Source: Candidatus Uhrbacteria bacterium | GTDB lineage: Bacteria; Patescibacteriota; Patescibacteriia; 2-12-FULL-60-25 | Direction of reading: 5' to 3' | DNA length: 64,000 bases | NCBI GenBank assembly: GCA_903829075.1 | Contig: CAIKOH010000064.1 | Location: forward strand, 10,852-74,851 | Part shown: positions 61,046-64,000 of the stretch, piece after piece | Layout: the number at the start of each line of letters is the position of its first letter | Numbering within the stretch: position 1 is the stretch's first letter | Translations under genes and position numbers: made by a program | Notes under the pieces: generated by a model | The model's input: the letters and a program-made list of their open reading frames with translations, nothing else | Told to the model about the DNA's origin: nothing | Databases searched by the model: none

Positions 61046-62269
61046 TTATTCGTAACGTAAGGCCTCAATCGGATTCAATCCAGACGCTCGCCGCGCCGGA
61101 TAATATCCAAACACGACACCGATCGCTGCCGACACACCAAACGCCATCAACACAGATGAAAGCGTAATCTGACTGTGTATGGAGGCGAACTTTTCCACCA
61201 ATAGCGTCACAATCCATCCCAATATTATCCCCAAAATTCCGCCAGAAAAAGTTAGAGCCACCGCTTCCATCAAAAACTGATTACTGATATCGTTGCGCTC
61301 TGCACCAATCGCTTTTCTTAAACCGATCTCGCGCGTGCGCTCTGTCACGGTGGTCAACATCATATTCATAATTCCAATTCCACCCACCACCAAAGAGATC
61401 GCCGCGACAGATGCGAGTAACGCCGTAAACGTACCTGTCACGCTCGATGCGGTAGACACGATATCATTTTGATTCAAAATGCTAAAGTCCGCACTTTGCG
61501 GATTACTGATATTATGACGCTGCAATAGCAAGGTTGTGATCGCTTGTTGAACCGTGGACATCGATTGCTGATCAACCGCAGATACACTGATGGTAGACAC
61601 GTAGGTGACACCCGCAAGAAAATGCTGCGCAGTCGTCAAAGGAACATACACCGCATCATCAGGATTCGCAAAACCCGTTCCTCCTTTTGACTGCGTGATC
61701 CCTATCACCAAAAAAGAGATGTTATTGATGCGCAGAGTTTTTCCGATCGCATCTGATCCCTGTCCAAACAGATCATCACGCGCGGTCGGTCCGATCACCA
61801 CAACTTTTGCCATACTTGTGACATCCTGATCTGTAAAAAAGCTCCCCTGGTCAACCGCAATATTACGCACATTCAAATAAGCTGGCGTCGTGCCTATCAC
61901 CTGCGTATTCGTATTCGTTCCTGGCGCCGTGACCTGGTATCGTTTGGTCAAATCAGGTGCGACCGCACTCACCGAACTCACCTGAGCCTGAATCGCGCTC
62001 GCATCAGCCGCGGTAAGCGTCTGTGACGATCCACGACCCGCGCTCACCTGCTGACCAACTCCGCGTTGGGCGCCTGGCGTGATCGCAATCAGATTTGATC
62101 CAATCGACTGAATGCTGGCCTGAATGCTGGCCTGAGACCCCTGACCGATGGCAACCATCGCAATCACCGAAGCAATTCCAATCACAATTCCAAGCACCGT
62201 TAGCGATGATCGGACTTTATTTCCAACAAGCGCTAAATAAGTTTCCTCAAGAAGATCACTGAGTTGCAT
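61046..62269 (-). CDS. MacB/FtsX-type ABC transporter permease
   Basis: The ATG at 62269 gives [36 protein letters not shown] large extracytoplasmic loop is followed by three C-terminal TM helices, then PARRASGLNPIEALRYE. Confidence 0.85.
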   Translation of the reverse strand: MQLSDLLEETYLALVGNKVRSSLTVLGIVIGIASVIAMVAIGQGSQASIQASIQSIGSNLIAITPGAQRGVGQQVSAGRGSSQTLTAADASAIQAQVSSVSAVAPDLTKRYQVTAPGTNTNTQVIGTTPAYLNVRNIAVDQGSFFTDQDVTSMAKVVVIGPTARDDLFGQGSDAIGKTLRINNISFLVIGITQSKGGTGFANPDDAVYVPLTTAQHFLAGVTYVSTISVSAVDQQSMSTVQQAITTLLLQRHNISNPQSADFSILNQNDIVSTASSVTGTFTALLASVAAISLVVGGIGIMNMMLTTVTERTREIGLRKAIGAERNDISNQFLMEAVALTFSGGILGIILGWIVTLLVEKFASIHSQITLSSVLMAFGVSAAIGVVFGYYPARRASGLNPIEALRYE

Positions 62270-62978
62270 AAAGGTCTGGATGGATATGACGTTTGTGATC
62301 ACGCTCTTCTTTGACGATCTGCCCATCTCGAACATGAATGATGCGTTCCGCGTATTCAGCAACCTCGCGCTCATGAGTAATCAACACGATCGTGCGCCCT
62401 TCACTGTGCAGACGTTGAAAGGTCGCCATGACCACCTCTCCCGTTTTAGAATCAAGGTTTCCCGTTGGTTCGTCTGCCAAAATCAACGCTGGATCATTGA
62501 TTAACGCACGGGCGATCGCTACGCGTTGCATCTGCCCACCCGAGAGCTGATTCGACATGTGCGTAAACAATTTTTCGTCCATACTCACCGCCCGCAACGC
62601 TTCCCTTGCGCGACGTTCGCGTTCTTCTTTTTTCACCCCCTCATACACCAAAGGCAACATGACGTTACGCAACACCGTTGAACGCGAGAGCAAATTAAAT
62701 GACTGAAATACATATCCAATGCGTTCGCGCCGAATCACGGCAAGCTCATGTTCATCCATCTTGGAAACATCCTTTCCATCCAACAAGTACGTTCCACTTG
62801 TTGGCGTATCAAGACCGCCAAGCGTATACATCAGCGTGGATTTTCCAGAACCGGATGGCCCCATGATGGCCAAAAACTCTCCTTTTTCCACATCAAACGA
62901 AACATCTTTGAGCGCAAGAAATTCAACGCCCCCGCTTTTATACAATTTCGTGATGTGTTTTAACTCCAGTGTTTTCAT
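62256..62978 (-). CDS. ABC transporter ATP-binding protein (MacB/LolD class)
   Basis: Walker [10 protein letters not shown], signature LSGGQMQR, Walker [12 protein letters not shown]. Confidence 0.92.
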   Translation of the reverse strand: MKTLELKHITKLYKSGGVEFLALKDVSFDVEKGEFLAIMGPSGSGKSTLMYTLGGLDTPTSGTYLLDGKDVSKMDEHELAVIRRERIGYVFQSFNLLSRSTVLRNVMLPLVYEGVKKEERERRAREALRAVSMDEKLFTHMSNQLSGGQMQRVAIARALINDPALILADEPTGNLDSKTGEVVMATFQRLHSEGRTIVLITHEREVAEYAERIIHVRDGQIVKEERDHKRHIHPDLYATQ

Positions 62979-62984
62979 AGGAAA

Positions 62985-64000
62985 TTAGCCACCTCCGCCT
63001 CGACCGCCCCCACCGCCTCCGCCTCCAAGTCCCGGAATACGCACCCCTCCTCCGCCCAAGAGACTCGCCGCAGAACCCGTTGTCGGCGCAGCTGCCGTCT
63101 TCGTTGTTGCGGTGATTGTCTGCGTCACAACCATATCCCCTTCTTGCAAACCACTCGTTATTTCTGTCAGTTTTCCATCGCTAATTCCAACCTGAACCAC
63201 GCGTGCCGTAGGAGGCGTCGGAAGTGAAACCGATACTCCCTGCGATGTCTGAGTCGTCGTTGCACTCATCTGAGCAACCTGCACCACTGCCTGACCACCA
63301 ATGGTTTTAACCGCTGAATTCGGAACCGCTAACACATCTTGATCAACTTGCTTAATGATAGAAACATTTACACTCATTCCAGGCTTTACTCGAGGATCTT
63401 GCGTACCAAAACTGATAAACAAGGTGTAATTCACCACGCCTTGCGACACGACACCGAGAGGATCAATCTCCTGCACAGTGCCGACCAGGGAAAGTCCCGG
63501 CAACGCATCAAATGTTCCCGTAACTTTTTGACCAACTTTTATACTCGATGCATCAATTTCATTTAATGGAATATTTGCAAGGTCCTGAGTTGTGACCAAC
63601 GTTCCGATTGAGGTAGATGGACCGATGTTATCCCCAACATTAACGCTCATGTGCGCCAATACACCATCAAACGGAGCACGAATTTGATAGTTGGAAAGGG
63701 TATTTTCCGCTTGCCCAAGAGCAACCTGCGCGTTATGCACTGCTGCTGCGCGCTGGTCCACAGTATTTTGAGCAATTGCAACATCGATCGGCAGCGCGCC
63801 CGCTTGCAGCGTCTGCAGAGAAACCTGAGCCTCACTCACTTTTTCCTGTGCAGTGGCCACCGAACGAGGATCAGGGGGATTTTGTAAATTTTGCAACGTC
63901 AATTGCGATTTTTTATACGCATTCAAGCTTGTAACAGAGCTGTTTTTTGCCGCCTGCAAACCCTGTTGCAGATTTACAATGACCGTGATTTTTCCCGCAA
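62985..64000 (-). CDS. HlyD/MacA-type periplasmic adaptor (N-terminus beyond the window), Gly-rich C-terminal tail
   Basis: Contains YQIRAPFDGVLAHMSVNVGD and VKPGMSVNVSI. The frame stays open upstream of the track TTG at 63959 through to 64000. Confidence 0.8.
   Translation of the reverse strand, partial: AGKITVIVNLQQGLQAAKNSSVTSLNAYKKSQLTLQNLQNPPDPRSVATAQEKVSEAQVSLQTLQAGALPIDVAIAQNTVDQRAAAVHNAQVALGQAENTLSNYQIRAPFDGVLAHMSVNVGDNIGPSTSIGTLVTTQDLANIPLNEIDASSIKVGQKVTGTFDALPGLSLVGTVQEIDPLGVVSQGVVNYTLFISFGTQDPRVKPGMSVNVSIIKQVDQDVLAVPNSAVKTIGGQAVVQVAQMSATTTQTSQGVSVSLPTPPTARVVQVGISDGKLTEITSGLQEGDMVVTQTITATTKTAAAPTTGSAASLLGGGGVRIPGLGGGGGGGGRGGGG

Overview
Gene-dense bacterial chromosome segment of about 50% GC. 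The content fits a Patescibacteria/CPR-like genome, though this is inference only. Supporting traits: an S10-spc ribosomal operon with no L30 gene, many proteins with low-complexity extensions, two DUF4012-type envelope proteins, many glycosyltransferases and very little metabolism.

Layout:
- 1-11.9 kb, minus strand: secY, rplO, rpsE and onward to rpsJ and tuf.
- 12-15.4 kb: two lineage-specific ORFs, then rplK, nusG and secE.
- 15.6-18.2 kb: gpmI and mreB.
- 18.3-35.8 kb: two cell-envelope glycan clusters. They hold a DUF4012 protein, GT2 genes (one broken by an in-frame TAG), GT4 genes, an O-antigen-ligase-like protein, Nudix, TrmB and a methyltransferase, followed by pgi and a YtxH-like gene.
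- 35.9-38.0 kb: a high-GC single-gene island.
- 38.4-47.6 kb: rnj, trpS, infC-rpmI-rplT, a 759-aa internally duplicated protein, and thrS with a T-box-like leader.
- 47.6-55 kb: a second DUF4012 module with two large anchored proteins and a GT4.
- 55-64 kb: an AstE/AspA-family gene behind an attenuator-like leader, tRNA-Pro, a low-GC MarR gene, a small secreted KKHVM-repeat peptide, a YibE/F-like membrane protein, a CxxC-x17-CxxC protein, rpmG (found by hand because it is under 60 aa), tRNA-Thr, a second high-GC single-gene cassette and a MacAB-like ABC efflux operon that runs off the window.

I recognised no rRNA, CRISPR array, integrase or transposase.

Best candidate for something new: the 2.1-kb island at about 65% GC (35855-38060). 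It is a self-contained cassette for a 678-aa multi-TM/coiled-coil protein of unknown function. A second, smaller high-GC cassette lies at 59.9-60.5 kb.

Other points worth follow-up are the missing L29 and L1/L10/L12 genes at their canonical positions, several long structured non-coding spacers, and the MarR/KKHVM-peptide module.

All family assignments come from motif recognition by eye. No searches were run.
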